Virus record (IMG/VR): IMGVR_UViG_3300007735_000693
Coordinates: 1-37,871 of that record
Reading direction: 5' to 3' (one strand)
From: a virus
Taxonomy: Duplodnaviria; Caudoviricetes
DNA: 37,871 nt
In this document: piece after piece, positions 27,553 to 36,240 of the stretch
How positions within the stretch are numbered: the first letter of the stretch is position 1
How the letters are laid out: each line of letters starts with the position of its first letter
Notes under the pieces: model-generated
Told to the model about the DNA's origin: nothing
The model's database searches: none
What the model saw: the letters and a program-made list of their open reading frames with translations, nothing else
Made by a program: the position numbers and the translations under genes

Positions 27553-28147
27553 AATATTCATCCTCATCACGGTCTGTTTGTTCATATGGCAACGCATATG
27601 AATATTCTTCCCGACCTAATACGATAGGGAACTCAGTCATATCGGGTAGTTTCTCTAGCAATCCGTTAACTTTGTGGTCTTTAGCTAGCTTAATTCTGCC
27701 CACAGCGTGAATTTTATTTCTTACTATATAATCAATATATTGCAAATCAGCATTACCTATGGTGGGTCGCTCTAATATAACTCTTTCTAGTCGTCGTATA
27801 TTTAAGTCCCATGTATCTCGGTAGTGACCACCGCCTTCGGGAGGAGATAGTTTTGTAATAGCTAATGCCCCTTCTATTTCATTAAAGATGGGGTGGTCAG
27901 TAGGTATACCTTTCCATGCAAGATAACTATTACTTTCATTACCTACAATAAAATGTGGTATATCATATTCACGCAATATACTTCTAGATATGTATGAAGT
28001 AGTAGCATCACCACTTGTGGCATAACCATTCTCCACTTGTTTTACTACTCGTTTTAATTGATTTTTAGTAAGGTTTCCTATATCAATATTTACTTCTATG
28101 TCTTTTGCAATTCTTAATAAGTTATAATGTATTTGAATTTCTTGCAT
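27545..28147 (-). CDS. Hypothetical protein, paralog of 28158-28685
   Basis: AGGAG RBS; shares GD...S.I...Y..PHF..G and WK.IP..H..F....G....KL. Confidence 0.75.
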   Translation of the reverse strand: MQEIQIHYNLLRIAKDIEVNIDIGNLTKNQLKRVVKQVENGYATSGDATTSYISRSILREYDIPHFIVGNESNSYLAWKGIPTDHPIFNEIEGALAITKLSPPEGGGHYRDTWDLNIRRLERVILERPTIGNADLQYIDYIVRNKIHAVGRIKLAKDHKVNGLLEKLPDMTEFPIVLGREEYSYALPYEQTDRDEDEYYA

Positions 28148-28157
28148 ATTATTCTCC

Positions 28158-28685
28158 TTAATAACGATTAGCTACTTCATAAAAATCAACAGGCACTACA
28201 CCGAGTGTTCTGTTTTGTAATTTATCAATGAATGTTTTTACTTCATCAGGTAATTCAGTTTGTATAATCATGCTTTGTTTTAATTGCTGAGACATATGTT
28301 CATCATAAGAACCCATTCTCATATCACCTGAAGGGTTTTGTGCATCTGCATTTATAAGGTCTTCTGCTATGCGTTTTGAATCATAATTATCAGCTGTAAG
28401 TTTAGCGACTGATGCTACCCCTTTTAACGTTTCAAAGAAGGTATGACCGAATGGGATATTTTTCCAATCCGACCACCATCGTCCATATAAAAAATGTGGC
28501 ATAGAATATTTTTTGAATACCCATCTAACAATAGTAGATGTAGCAGAGTCACCTTTAGATACATGTCCTCTACGAATATATTTAATCATGTTTTTAATCT
28601 GTCCATCGCTAAATTTATTAAAGTCTATTTCAACCGTAATTGATTTAGCATAGCTAGATATTTCTTGTCTTAAGTATGTTGCCAT
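28158..28685 (-). CDS. Hypothetical protein, paralog of 27545-28147
   Basis: Start moved to MATYL (AAGGAGAGAG RBS). Confidence 0.75.
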   Translation of the reverse strand: MATYLRQEISSYAKSITVEIDFNKFSDGQIKNMIKYIRRGHVSKGDSATSTIVRWVFKKYSMPHFLYGRWWSDWKNIPFGHTFFETLKGVASVAKLTADNYDSKRIAEDLINADAQNPSGDMRMGSYDEHMSQQLKQSMIIQTELPDEVKTFIDKLQNRTLGVVPVDFYEVANRY

Positions 28686-28703
28686 TTTCTCTCTCCTTAA
28701 AAA

Positions 28704-28735
28704 GAGACAAAGTATCATTTTTGATACAATGTCTC
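28704..28735. promoter_or_regulatory. Palindromic element, copy 1 (inverted relative to copies 2-4)
   Basis: GAGACAAAGTATCA-TTTT-TGATACAATGTCTC. Confidence 0.75.
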
Positions 28736-28737
28736 GG

Positions 28738-29889
28738 TTAGTCTTCAATGTGAATAGTCTTGCCATGTGGTGATGTGATGTGTTTGGTTGTAATTGCCCA
28801 CAATGTAGGATAATCCCAATTACCACCAAAGTCGTCTTCCACATAGCCGTCTGTTAATATAATGATAGCTTCAGGTTCGATGCGTTTATCTTTGATATAC
28901 TGATTAACACACCCAACATGAGTGCCACCCCCACCTGCAGGTTTAGTTGACTGAACCAAAGCTTTGTAATCACCTTGATTGTATGTCTCATGTCCTGCAA
29001 CATGAGTATCCCAATACAATAACTCTATACTTGATGGGGATACATCATCACATATAGCTACAACTTCTGTTAAGAACTCATTAAGTTCCTTGTCACCAAT
29101 AGAACCCGATGTGTCAATACCAATAACTACTTGACCTATGGCTTCACCTATCATGCTAGGCATGTATATATCATGTCCAATGAAACGCTTGTGTGGTCGT
29201 TTCCATGATGTCCTATCTTTGTTTTTGCATGTGCTGTTTACAAACTCACGCAACTGTTCACGCCAATTTACTTTAGGTTCAAGTATCTCGTTAATACTTC
29301 TGTTCTTATTACCTTGCATCTTGCCACGAATGATTTCACCTTGACGCAATGCTTGGTCTATCTGCTTAGCCGTTTCTTTAACTTCCTCATCAGATAAAGC
29401 TTCAGCACCTTCCCAGTCGTGTGTATCATGACCACATTGTTGCTTAATATACTGACTATCTTTCTTAAGCATTTCAAAGATTTGTTTAGTCGTCATACCT
29501 TTGTATGCTAAGTCAAACAATGCTGACTCGGGTCGTTTAGCAATCTCACTTTGTTCATCAGCTTCATGTATTGCATAGTTCACAACATAATCAGCCGCCA
29601 TGTTAGCAAGCATAGCGTTCTCTTTGAATAGCTTTCGCCACAAGTGCATATGTTGATAGACCTTATGCAACGCTTCATGCAAAACTACATAGTTCAACTC
29701 CTTATCATCTAGTGTTTTGATGAAGTCTTTGTTATACATAACATCACGACCATTGGTGCAAGCCGTTGGTATGTCCTCTGTAAACATAACCTTGCCCACC
29801 GATAACACACCTGCAAACATACAGAATTGTTTGCTACGCATTATCGCTATGTGGGACTTCGTGACTCTTTGTTCACTTGTTAGTGCCAT
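28738..29889 (-). CDS. DUF2201-type metallopeptidase-like + VWA domain protein
   Basis: TACTNG, VLHEALH...H, N.AADY.VN; MIDAS IDTSGS, GGGGT, LTDG; start MALTS. Confidence 0.9.
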   Translation of the reverse strand: MALTSEQRVTKSHIAIMRSKQFCMFAGVLSVGKVMFTEDIPTACTNGRDVMYNKDFIKTLDDKELNYVVLHEALHKVYQHMHLWRKLFKENAMLANMAADYVVNYAIHEADEQSEIAKRPESALFDLAYKGMTTKQIFEMLKKDSQYIKQQCGHDTHDWEGAEALSDEEVKETAKQIDQALRQGEIIRGKMQGNKNRSINEILEPKVNWREQLREFVNSTCKNKDRTSWKRPHKRFIGHDIYMPSMIGEAIGQVVIGIDTSGSIGDKELNEFLTEVVAICDDVSPSSIELLYWDTHVAGHETYNQGDYKALVQSTKPAGGGGTHVGCVNQYIKDKRIEPEAIIILTDGYVEDDFGGNWDYPTLWAITTKHITSPHGKTIHIED

Positions 29890-30151
29890 TTTCAAACTCC
29901 TCCCAATTAAATACAGTATCTACATAAAACTCTAGTATCTCATCGTCTGTATCATTTTTAAAATATGCTGAAATATAATCTCTTATATAGTCAGGGTTTT
30001 CTCTAGCAAACTGATATTCATATTCAATGGCTTGTTCCCTAATTTCTTTAGGTGTCATTGATATTTTAATCATAGCTTTTGCCTCTTCTTTTTGCCTATC
30101 TAATTGCGATAGTCGTTCTAACTCTTTTCTTTCGTTGTTAGGGTTAGCCAT
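29873..30151 (-). CDS. Hypothetical protein between the AAA and VWA genes
   Basis: 92 aa, AGGAGG RBS. Confidence 0.65.
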   Translation of the reverse strand: MANPNNERKELERLSQLDRQKEEAKAMIKISMTPKEIREQAIEYEYQFARENPDYIRDYISAYFKNDTDDEILEFYVDTVFNWEEFENGTNK

Positions 30152-30159
30152 GTATCCTC

Positions 30160-31206
30160 CTAGAAGTATTGGTTATTCTTAACTGCCCAATCAACAAACG
30201 ATTTGTTTTGAGCCGCAACTGCTTTGCGTGATGATGCCATGATGTTGACTGCAAACAATGCTTGTATCTCCATTGGTAAGCGTTGTAAGTAAGTCAACCA
30301 TGCATCCATATGTTTATCTGTGATAGACATAAGTTCTCGCATTACCAATATCACACGAGCCGCAGGGTCGTTAGGAACATTAGCTTTCAATGGTTCTTGA
30401 TAGATACTTTCTTTGGTTGGTAGTCCATCTGCAAGACTAAAGTATGCAGACATATCACGAGCCGCTGACTCGCCTAGTGTGCCACTCAACGCAACCATCG
30501 TGGTATCTTCACCGAGTGTTGCTCTATTCTTAACAATGAATGACGCTTTCTCCAATGAACGAGGTGATACGAATGCCTCTTGTTGTTTGCGAGGATTGTA
30601 TATATACATGTTTTCTTTCTGTGCTTCATCTGTATAACATGCTAGTGCATGGGGAAATTGTTTAACCCAAGCAACAACTTCGGGTGCTATGTTGTTATCA
30701 ATAGCCCAGCTAATCCATTCATCATCATTTGGATTACGAACAATGACTGCCGTTAGTCTGTTCTTGGCATGAGCCTTCATGGTATCACCTACACCATCTG
30801 TTGTTAGGTTACCTGTTGAATACACAATTGAGTCGGGGTGAAACTTAACTGCACCTAGTCTGCGTTCTAGCATGACAGGTAGTAACATGTTCTTGACAGG
30901 CTCACTCGCTTTAGTAATCTCGTCAAGCATGATGATGACAGGCTTGTTATCATGTATTGCAAAGCGTTCATTCGGATAGAATGTTGTAGTCTTTGACTCA
31001 TGGTTCATGGCAGGCATAGCCAAGTCGCCCAAGTCTAAGTCTGCACAATCTATATACACAGGTGTGTGGTCGGGAAATCGTTTAGCTAACGACTTCAATA
31101 TAGATGACTTGCCGATGCCGGGCTGACCTTTAAGGTGAACCGTAACATCTTTACCTACTGTTGCAATCAACTCCTCTGCTTGTTTCAAACTAATTTCTTG
31201 TTGCAT
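30160..31206 (-). CDS. MoxR-like AAA+ ATPase
   Basis: GQPGIGKS, MLDEITK, TGN, KNRL, SPRSL. Confidence 0.9.
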   Translation of the reverse strand: MQQEISLKQAEELIATVGKDVTVHLKGQPGIGKSSILKSLAKRFPDHTPVYIDCADLDLGDLAMPAMNHESKTTTFYPNERFAIHDNKPVIIMLDEITKASEPVKNMLLPVMLERRLGAVKFHPDSIVYSTGNLTTDGVGDTMKAHAKNRLTAVIVRNPNDDEWISWAIDNNIAPEVVAWVKQFPHALACYTDEAQKENMYIYNPRKQQEAFVSPRSLEKASFIVKNRATLGEDTTMVALSGTLGESAARDMSAYFSLADGLPTKESIYQEPLKANVPNDPAARVILVMRELMSITDKHMDAWLTYLQRLPMEIQALFAVNIMASSRKAVAAQNKSFVDWAVKNNQYF

Positions 31207-31229
31207 TTTGCTTTCTCCTTAATGTTAAA

Positions 31230-31260
31230 AGACATCGTATCAAAATTGTTACTTTGTCTC
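31230..31260. promoter_or_regulatory. Palindromic element, copy 2
   Basis: AGACATCGTATCA-AAAT-TGTTACTTTGTCTC, upstream of the AAA gene RBS. Confidence 0.7.
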
Positions 31261-31263
31261 GGG

Positions 31264-32109
31264 TTAATTTACTTCTACTAAAACTTGTGGGTTCTCTATC
31301 TTAATATGCTTATCTAAAAATCTTTTGAATATACCTATGTTGCATGCATATTTATAGTTACTGCTACTTCCGTTATATCCTTGCCATACACTATGCTGAC
31401 ATTGTCTTAACACACTATAATATGCTAAATGTGTTTTATCTTCATCAGCACAAAGTCGTAACAGGTTTTTTGAATATTCATGCAATTTATATTCTTCTAT
31501 TTGCTTATTTAACTCTGCATCGTTTTCTACTCCTTCGTTATTAGTTAATTTCAACATAGTGTCTGCATACTTCAATAACTTTTTGTATGGCAAGCGTAAC
31601 TCACGCATCTGACTTGCATCAAACCTATACTTCACAGGCGTTTCAAATTGTTCTATGTTTAGTGGCGTGTTTGTATAGTCAAACTTATACCAATCAGTAG
31701 CGTTCATACAATGACCACCATTGACATGACATTCAATTTGATGGTTTTTAACTAACGGACTTCTAGTAAAGGGTGAAGGCACATAACGCTTATGGTCAAA
31801 CTCACTTATATGCACACCACCAATCCAATTTACAAAATACTGCGTGCTTGTTGATGGATAATTACCTAGCGTTATCTCTTTGTGTGTTGGGTAGAACCTT
31901 ACCAAGTCTGTGTCATAATATCCTGCCGTATACACTTCTATACCATCAAGCATATCTTTCCGTAGCCACTTTTCTTTTTCATACCTATCACCAATTCTAC
32001 GAACTGATTGGTTGCCACCACGAACTGCTGTTCTACTTTCAAACTCTCCCTTTGCTTCAGCATAATTCTCTATGCGAGGCATGTTATAAACATTGATATG
32101 AAAGCCCAT
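31264..32109 (-). CDS. Hypothetical early protein
   Basis: 281 aa, GGAG RBS. Confidence 0.8.
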   Translation of the reverse strand: MGFHINVYNMPRIENYAEAKGEFESRTAVRGGNQSVRRIGDRYEKEKWLRKDMLDGIEVYTAGYYDTDLVRFYPTHKEITLGNYPSTSTQYFVNWIGGVHISEFDHKRYVPSPFTRSPLVKNHQIECHVNGGHCMNATDWYKFDYTNTPLNIEQFETPVKYRFDASQMRELRLPYKKLLKYADTMLKLTNNEGVENDAELNKQIEEYKLHEYSKNLLRLCADEDKTHLAYYSVLRQCQHSVWQGYNGSSSNYKYACNIGIFKRFLDKHIKIENPQVLVEVN

Positions 32110-32110
32110 G

Positions 32111-32452
32111 TTATTCTCCCTCCTTTAAGTTATAACCTCTGTTCATCCAACTAACTAACTTCATGTTAATAAGCCAATCTTGTAGGCTAGGTATCCACCC
32201 ACCACAATCCTCTTTAACATGTTGTTCACCAATAAGTCTTGTAGGAACTTCTTTGCCATCACTATTCACAATGAATAACCCAAAGTGTCTTTCACATTCA
32301 AAGATACCTTGTGCATGATGTCTGATTGCTCTGTGTCTTGCGTCTGCAAAACATTCTTTGGTTGCATCAAACCAATCATGGATAGGTTGGTAGTCAGCTT
32401 CAACACCTCCCCACTTCTTTACAGATGTTTTAGAATGATAATGAGTATTCAT
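32111..32452 (-). CDS. DUF6915-like His-rich protein
   Basis: H...S..KWGG...DY..IH.WFD.TK, RHRA.RHH..G, EQHV.ED. Confidence 0.75.
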   Translation of the reverse strand: MNTHYHSKTSVKKWGGVEADYQPIHDWFDATKECFADARHRAIRHHAQGIFECERHFGLFIVNSDGKEVPTRLIGEQHVKEDCGGWIPSLQDWLINMKLVSWMNRGYNLKEGE

Positions 32453-32877
32453 TATTCTTCCTCCTCGTTCATATCAAAGTGATGGTCTTCTGTGGTCATG
32501 GTATTCACACCCACATTTAAAGTTATATTTGGTGGACTCTCTGTAAAATCAATTCGTAATTGACCTTGACCACCTTCGTTGTTATACCAATCTAATCCTG
32601 TTTCATCTAATGCTCTATAACATAAATCCTCTAACACATCATTGAGTGATGTTCTCTCTGTTTTCGGTTCTTGATTACCATATGTTTGTTTAGTCCATGC
32701 TAGCATGTCATCAGGTATGCCTTGGTCTACATCATTCTTATCTCGGTAAAATATTTCTTCTACTTGACCACTATCACCACCACCTCTAAAATCTACAATT
32801 ACATACTTCGCACCGAGCAGATTTAACTGCGTTAAGAGTGTTTCTTTTTCTTGTTTATTTGGAAAGATGTTTTGCAT
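32452..32877 (-). CDS. DUF6878-like protein
   Basis: V.F.GGGDSG, DWYNNEGGQG. Confidence 0.7.
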   Translation of the reverse strand: MQNIFPNKQEKETLLTQLNLLGAKYVIVDFRGGGDSGQVEEIFYRDKNDVDQGIPDDMLAWTKQTYGNQEPKTERTSLNDVLEDLCYRALDETGLDWYNNEGGQGQLRIDFTESPPNITLNVGVNTMTTEDHHFDMNEEEE

Positions 32878-33022
32878 TTTTCTCTCCTCGTTGTTTCATG
32901 ATTGAAACTACTAAATCGTAGTTTGTTTTGGAAGGCACAGGGGTTACATTTTTAATCCCGTAGTGCTTAAAGAATTCGCCGAGTGTTTCGGCTTGCTGTT
33001 TGTAATACTCGTTTTGATTCAT
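32855..33022 (-). CDS. Hypothetical 55-aa protein (not in ORF track)
   Basis: MNQNEYYKQQAETLGEFFKHYGI...; AAGGAGAGAG RBS, first gene after the promoter. Confidence 0.65.
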   Translation of the reverse strand: MNQNEYYKQQAETLGEFFKHYGIKNVTPVPSKTNYDLVVSIMKQRGEKNAKHLSK

Positions 33023-33047
33023 GATGCTCTCTCCTTAAATAAAAATA

Positions 33048-33078
33048 AGACATCGTATCAAAAATGATACTTTGTCCC
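33048..33078. promoter_or_regulatory. Palindromic element, copy 3
   Basis: AGACATCGTATCA-AAAA-TGATACTTTGTCCC. Confidence 0.75.
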
Positions 33079-33116
33079 TGTTTATAGAACTTACTTTTAC
33101 TACTCTTACAATTACT

Positions 33117-33145
33117 ATTATACTACAACCACTTGACAATGTCAA
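33117..33145 (-). promoter_or_regulatory. Consensus sigma70 early promoter
   Basis: Minus strand TTGACA-N17-TATAAT. Confidence 0.9.
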
Positions 33146-33164
33146 GTTTATGTCCGAAAAAAAA

Positions 33165-33359
33165 TCACTTACTTTTGTGTGACGAATTAAGACCTTTTAA
33201 CAATTCTAAATCAGTCACAACGATATAGTTTGACTTCGGCATAGGCACAATACAATGTTTATATTGTTGTGCGTGTTTCTCACCACAAGCCAAGCAAGTT
33301 TTGTATCCCAACTTATACCTAGCGTCAGCTATATCATCACCACAATCAATGCAATTCAT
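33165..33359 (-). CDS. DksA/TraR-type C4 zinc-finger protein
   Basis: CIDCGDDI...R...GYKTCLAC; start MNCID. Confidence 0.75.
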   Translation of the reverse strand: MNCIDCGDDIADARYKLGYKTCLACGEKHAQQYKHCIVPMPKSNYIVVTDLELLKGLNSSHKSK

Positions 33360-33616
33360 TAAAAATCCTTCCAAAGTAAAAACGCAATATAAATAAACGC
33401 AAACGCATAAATAGTTATTGTCATATACTTTTCTTGTCTACAGTCATCGTCTTCGTTTGTGTATGTTCCACCCCAAGCCTCTCGTGAACTTCGTGGTGTA
33501 GGTAACGGCACGCTATCGGGTTGAAAGAAACGCCACCCCTTTTTTGCGTTTGACGCAAACTTTCTTTCTTGCCATCGTTCAAATTTGCGTATGATTTTCT
33601 TTTGTTCTTTGTTCAT
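33359..33616 (-). CDS. Hypothetical protein with C-terminal membrane anchor
   Basis: TPRS.REAWG motif then a hydrophobic helix. Confidence 0.7.
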   Translation of the reverse strand: MNKEQKKIIRKFERWQERKFASNAKKGWRFFQPDSVPLPTPRSSREAWGGTYTNEDDDCRQEKYMTITIYAFAFIYIAFLLWKDF

Positions 33617-33779
33617 GTTTCCTCCTTAAAGTTATTAAACCTTGTTCTTGCAAATACTTTAGTCTGTGCCAATTAGTTATAATTTTCTTACACAGGTCTT
33701 TCTGTGTGATAGACGGATTACTCCGTAGTATCTCGTTAACTCTGTGGGCATGTCGCCAATCATCTAACTTGGTATACAT
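33579..33779 (-). CDS. Winged-helix DNA-binding protein
   Basis: ILRSNPSITQKDLCKKI....RLKYLQEQGLI; start MYTKL by TAATG coupling. Confidence 0.65.
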   Translation of the reverse strand: MYTKLDDWRHAHRVNEILRSNPSITQKDLCKKIITNWHRLKYLQEQGLITLRRKHEQRTKENHTQI

Positions 33780-33955
33780 TAAAATAAACACTCCCCCACT
33801 AACGCAGACAAGTCTTCTTTAACTTCTTTAACTACTTCTAGCTTGATGACATTGTTGCCTTGTTCTTTATGCCACTTCGCCTCTTTCGCACTCCATCTAT
33901 ACTTGCGTAAGACTTCGCCGTCATCATCAACGATAGCATAAGTAAAAGGTATCAT
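33779..33955 (-). CDS. Hypothetical 58-aa protein (not in ORF track)
   Basis: MIPFTYAIVDDDGEVLRKYRWS...VGECLF; coupled overlaps. Confidence 0.6.
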   Translation of the reverse strand: MIPFTYAIVDDDGEVLRKYRWSAKEAKWHKEQGNNVIKLEVVKEVKEDLSALVGECLF

Positions 33956-34167
33956 GGTGTAAGAGTCCTTTGTTCAAAGCATTCAAGGTGCGACTTCACA
34001 TAGAAGTTAGGTCGTATTTCTTCATAGAGTTCACCTTGTATACATTTTAAGTTCATGCTGTATTTCTTTTGTGTATGAGAATATTGCATGACTGCCCAAG
34101 TTAAACAACAACCTATGATAAAGCCCACTACTACAAACCCTGTGCCTTCATAATTATTATCCATCAT
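33952..34167 (-). CDS. Small membrane protein
   Basis: One TM helix then a C..G.LY...C domain. Confidence 0.65.
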   Translation of the reverse strand: MMDNNYEGTGFVVVGFIIGCCLTWAVMQYSHTQKKYSMNLKCIQGELYEEIRPNFYVKSHLECFEQRTLTP

Positions 34168-34439
34168 AACCCCCTGTATGCTTCAGATAGGGCTTGACCA
34201 AAATTCTTTAGCTTTTTGTCTTCAGCTAATATTGCATCACTTTCTTTTTTAGCTTGGACTACAAACTTTAGATAGGCATCTTCACCCATGAAGTATGGAA
34301 GTAATACATGAAACGCTTTGTTTAGCTTTTCATAATCGGGTTCTTCGGGAAATGTTAGATTGACTGTATAGGCTTGTTTTAATCCTTCAATCAATACAAT
34401 CTCTACTTGGTCTGGGTCTAGTTCAATTTGCACTTGCAT
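34164..34439 (-). CDS. Hypothetical protein
   Basis: 91 aa, AGGAG RBS. Confidence 0.7.
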   Translation of the reverse strand: MQVQIELDPDQVEIVLIEGLKQAYTVNLTFPEEPDYEKLNKAFHVLLPYFMGEDAYLKFVVQAKKESDAILAEDKKLKNFGQALSEAYRGL

Positions 34440-34809
34440 ATTTCTCTCCTTTTTGTTTATAAAAAATAAGATTAGACCACTTGACTACGGGTTCTAATCT
34501 ATACCATGACTTCGGTTTCTTTATGGTGGTGTCATGGAAATTGGTTGCACCATAACTATAATCAACTTCCAATCGGTGTAATACCTTGTAAGCAATATTA
34601 AAATACTCTTGCCTTATTACCGATGGTGGTTGCACAAACCCATACCAACTAAATTGATATGGTCGTTTCATTTCACTACACACATTCTTGTGATTAAATT
34701 CAGCACGCCTCATCAACACATATCCTACGGCTATCTGTGCTTCACGGGGTTCGTGAGCAGACTCCATGTATATGGTCGTGGCGAGACAAAGTAAAGCTTG
34801 GTCAATCAT
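34423..34809 (-). CDS. SleB/CwlJ-like cell wall hydrolase (Hydrolase_2)
   Basis: CLA..IY.E...E....Q.AVG.V..R, QFSW, GATNFH, P.W, .FY; AAGGAGG RBS. Confidence 0.85.
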   Translation of the reverse strand: MIDQALLCLATTIYMESAHEPREAQIAVGYVLMRRAEFNHKNVCSEMKRPYQFSWYGFVQPPSVIRQEYFNIAYKVLHRLEVDYSYGATNFHDTTIKKPKSWYRLEPVVKWSNLIFYKQKGEKYASAN

Positions 34810-34862
34810 ACTGACCTCCTTTAAATATGTTTATACGAGTTTAGTTATAACCGAGATGGTTA

Positions 34863-34901
34863 TTAGAATGTGGCAAAGTCCACGATGATAGATGTTTTCA
34901 T
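34863..34901 (-). CDS. Possible 12-aa peptide MKTSIIVDFATF
   Basis: AAGGAG 8 nt upstream, tandem TAATAA stop. Confidence 0.35.
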   Translation of the reverse strand: MKTSIIVDFATF

Positions 34902-34919
34902 AAGCATTTCTCCTTTTGA

Positions 34920-35165
34920 TTAGTCTTCACAACTGCCGTTGATACAGGCTTTGTTGTTTAAGATTTCTTCTTCCAATGATGCGAGAGCATCTTGTTTCTC
35001 AATGTCTAACGCTTTGGCATTGAGTTCTGCATACATATCTCTAGTATACGGCTCATACCTTACCACTAAACCTGCGTCAGCACAAGCATTTATATACTCA
35101 TCAAACAAAAACCGAGACACAGTATCAGAATTGATACTAATTACCATTGTTATTTTATTGCTCAT
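34920..35165 (-). CDS. Hypothetical protein
   Basis: 81 aa, ends in the C..G.CED motif. Confidence 0.7.
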   Translation of the reverse strand: MSNKITMVISINSDTVSRFLFDEYINACADAGLVVRYEPYTRDMYAELNAKALDIEKQDALASLEEEILNNKACINGSCED

Positions 35166-35463
35166 TGTTTCCTCCTTGTTGTAATTTTTCTAAATACTTT
35201 CTACCTTTAGCTGATATATCATACTTGTAATCAATATCTTTAGAATACTTTAGATAACCTTTAACCCACATATAATCAGCAATTTTAACTTGGCTAAAAT
35301 CAATTGAATACCCTTTCATATCTGTATTCCATTTAGTTTGTATTAACACATTCTGAAACTTAACACTCCATTCATGTGTTAGCAACATCTCAATTAGAAA
35401 ATCTCTAATCATTGTGGTTTTAGTAAGTTCACTCTCTGTAATTAAGTTAACTTCGTTGTTCAA
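35155..35463 (-). CDS. Hypothetical protein, paralog of 35447-35704
   Basis: Likely TTG start at 35463 after GGAGG; SEL.KTTM..DFLIE and DYKY..S..GRKYLE shared. Confidence 0.7.
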   Translation of the reverse strand: MNNEVNLITESELTKTTMIRDFLIEMLLTHEWSVKFQNVLIQTKWNTDMKGYSIDFSQVKIADYMWVKGYLKYSKDIDYKYDISAKGRKYLEKLQQGGNNEQ

Positions 35464-35704
35464 GATACTTCCTCCCCCTAACTGATACTTCATACTTATA
35501 ATCATTAGTGTCAGACCACTTCAACAGACCTAACCCGTATACATAGTCCGAGATGTGATTAGATGAACGCTCGTCGTCATATTCAATCAACACATTTACA
35601 AAACTATCCCATTGTTTAGTCAACATCAACTCTATGAGAAAGTCTTTAACCATTGTAGTTTTGTTGAGTTCACTAACTTTAAGTATTTTTAGTGCGTCTG
35701 TCAT
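35447..35704 (-). CDS. Hypothetical protein, paralog of 35155-35463
   Basis: 85 aa; wHTH-like C-term. Confidence 0.7.
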   Translation of the reverse strand: MTDALKILKVSELNKTTMVKDFLIELMLTKQWDSFVNVLIEYDDERSSNHISDYVYGLGLLKWSDTNDYKYEVSVRGRKYLEQRS

Positions 35705-35993
35705 GATGTCGTCTCTCTTGCCAACATAAGTCTGAACATCTCATGCACTCAATACATGCCTTATCAATGAGCAAGTCTTCATAGTGTCGTTCAGTATATA
35801 GCACATACCTAAAAAATTCTAACTCATGCCTTGCCCAATCAATTAGTCTGCGTTCTACTTCCCAAGGTTTAGTCCTTGTAATCTGCTCATACATGGCAAG
35901 CCATTCGCTATCATCAAAGTTATCTAGCAAATCTCTGACACGATAGTTCTTGACTTGATTGGTAACATACTCTTTGATTTGGTCTAGGTTCAT
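35679..35993 (-). CDS. Hypothetical protein
   Basis: Likely start MNLDQ by ATGA overlap. Confidence 0.6.
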   Translation of the reverse strand: MNLDQIKEYVTNQVKNYRVRDLLDNFDDSEWLAMYEQITRTKPWEVERRLIDWARHELEFFRYVLYTERHYEDLLIDKACIECMRCSDLCWQERRHHDRRTKNT

Positions 35994-36145
35994 CTCAACA
36001 CCATGACGAGTAGTAAAAATACTGAAATGCCCCATGAGATAACTTCGGTTAATATAAGTCGGCGATACCTTGCCTTTGGTATGGTGACATACTCACTCAT
36101 ATAAACTTCTCTCTCATAGTCTTTAAATATTGGTTTTGTTTTCAT
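35990..36145 (-). CDS. Small membrane protein, 51 aa (not in ORF track)
   Basis: MKTKPIFKDY...ISWGISVFLLLVMVLR; AAGGAG RBS. Confidence 0.6.
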   Translation of the reverse strand: MKTKPIFKDYEREVYMSEYVTIPKARYRRLILTEVISWGISVFLLLVMVLR

Positions 36146-36240
36146 TTACTATCTCCTTTGTCAATTAAAATACAAATGCACCATGTTATAAGTGCACACA
36201 AACAACCACCTAAAATACACATATCAAATATACTAAACAT
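36142..36240 (-). CDS. Cys-rich 32-aa membrane peptide (not in ORF track)
   Basis: MFSIFDMCILGGCLCALITWCICILIDKGDSK; AAGGAGAG RBS. Confidence 0.5.
   Translation of the reverse strand: MFSIFDMCILGGCLCALITWCICILIDKGDSK

Noticed and set aside
28686-28844. N-terminal extensions of track ORFs (28844, 20781, 21957, 35505, 36981 and others)
   Set aside because: They run through regulatory elements or neighbouring genes; downstream starts have clear RBSs or coupled overlaps
27545-35704. Diversity-generating retroelement behind the paralog pairs
   Set aside because: No reverse transcriptase and no near-identical TR/VR pair with adenine-specific differences
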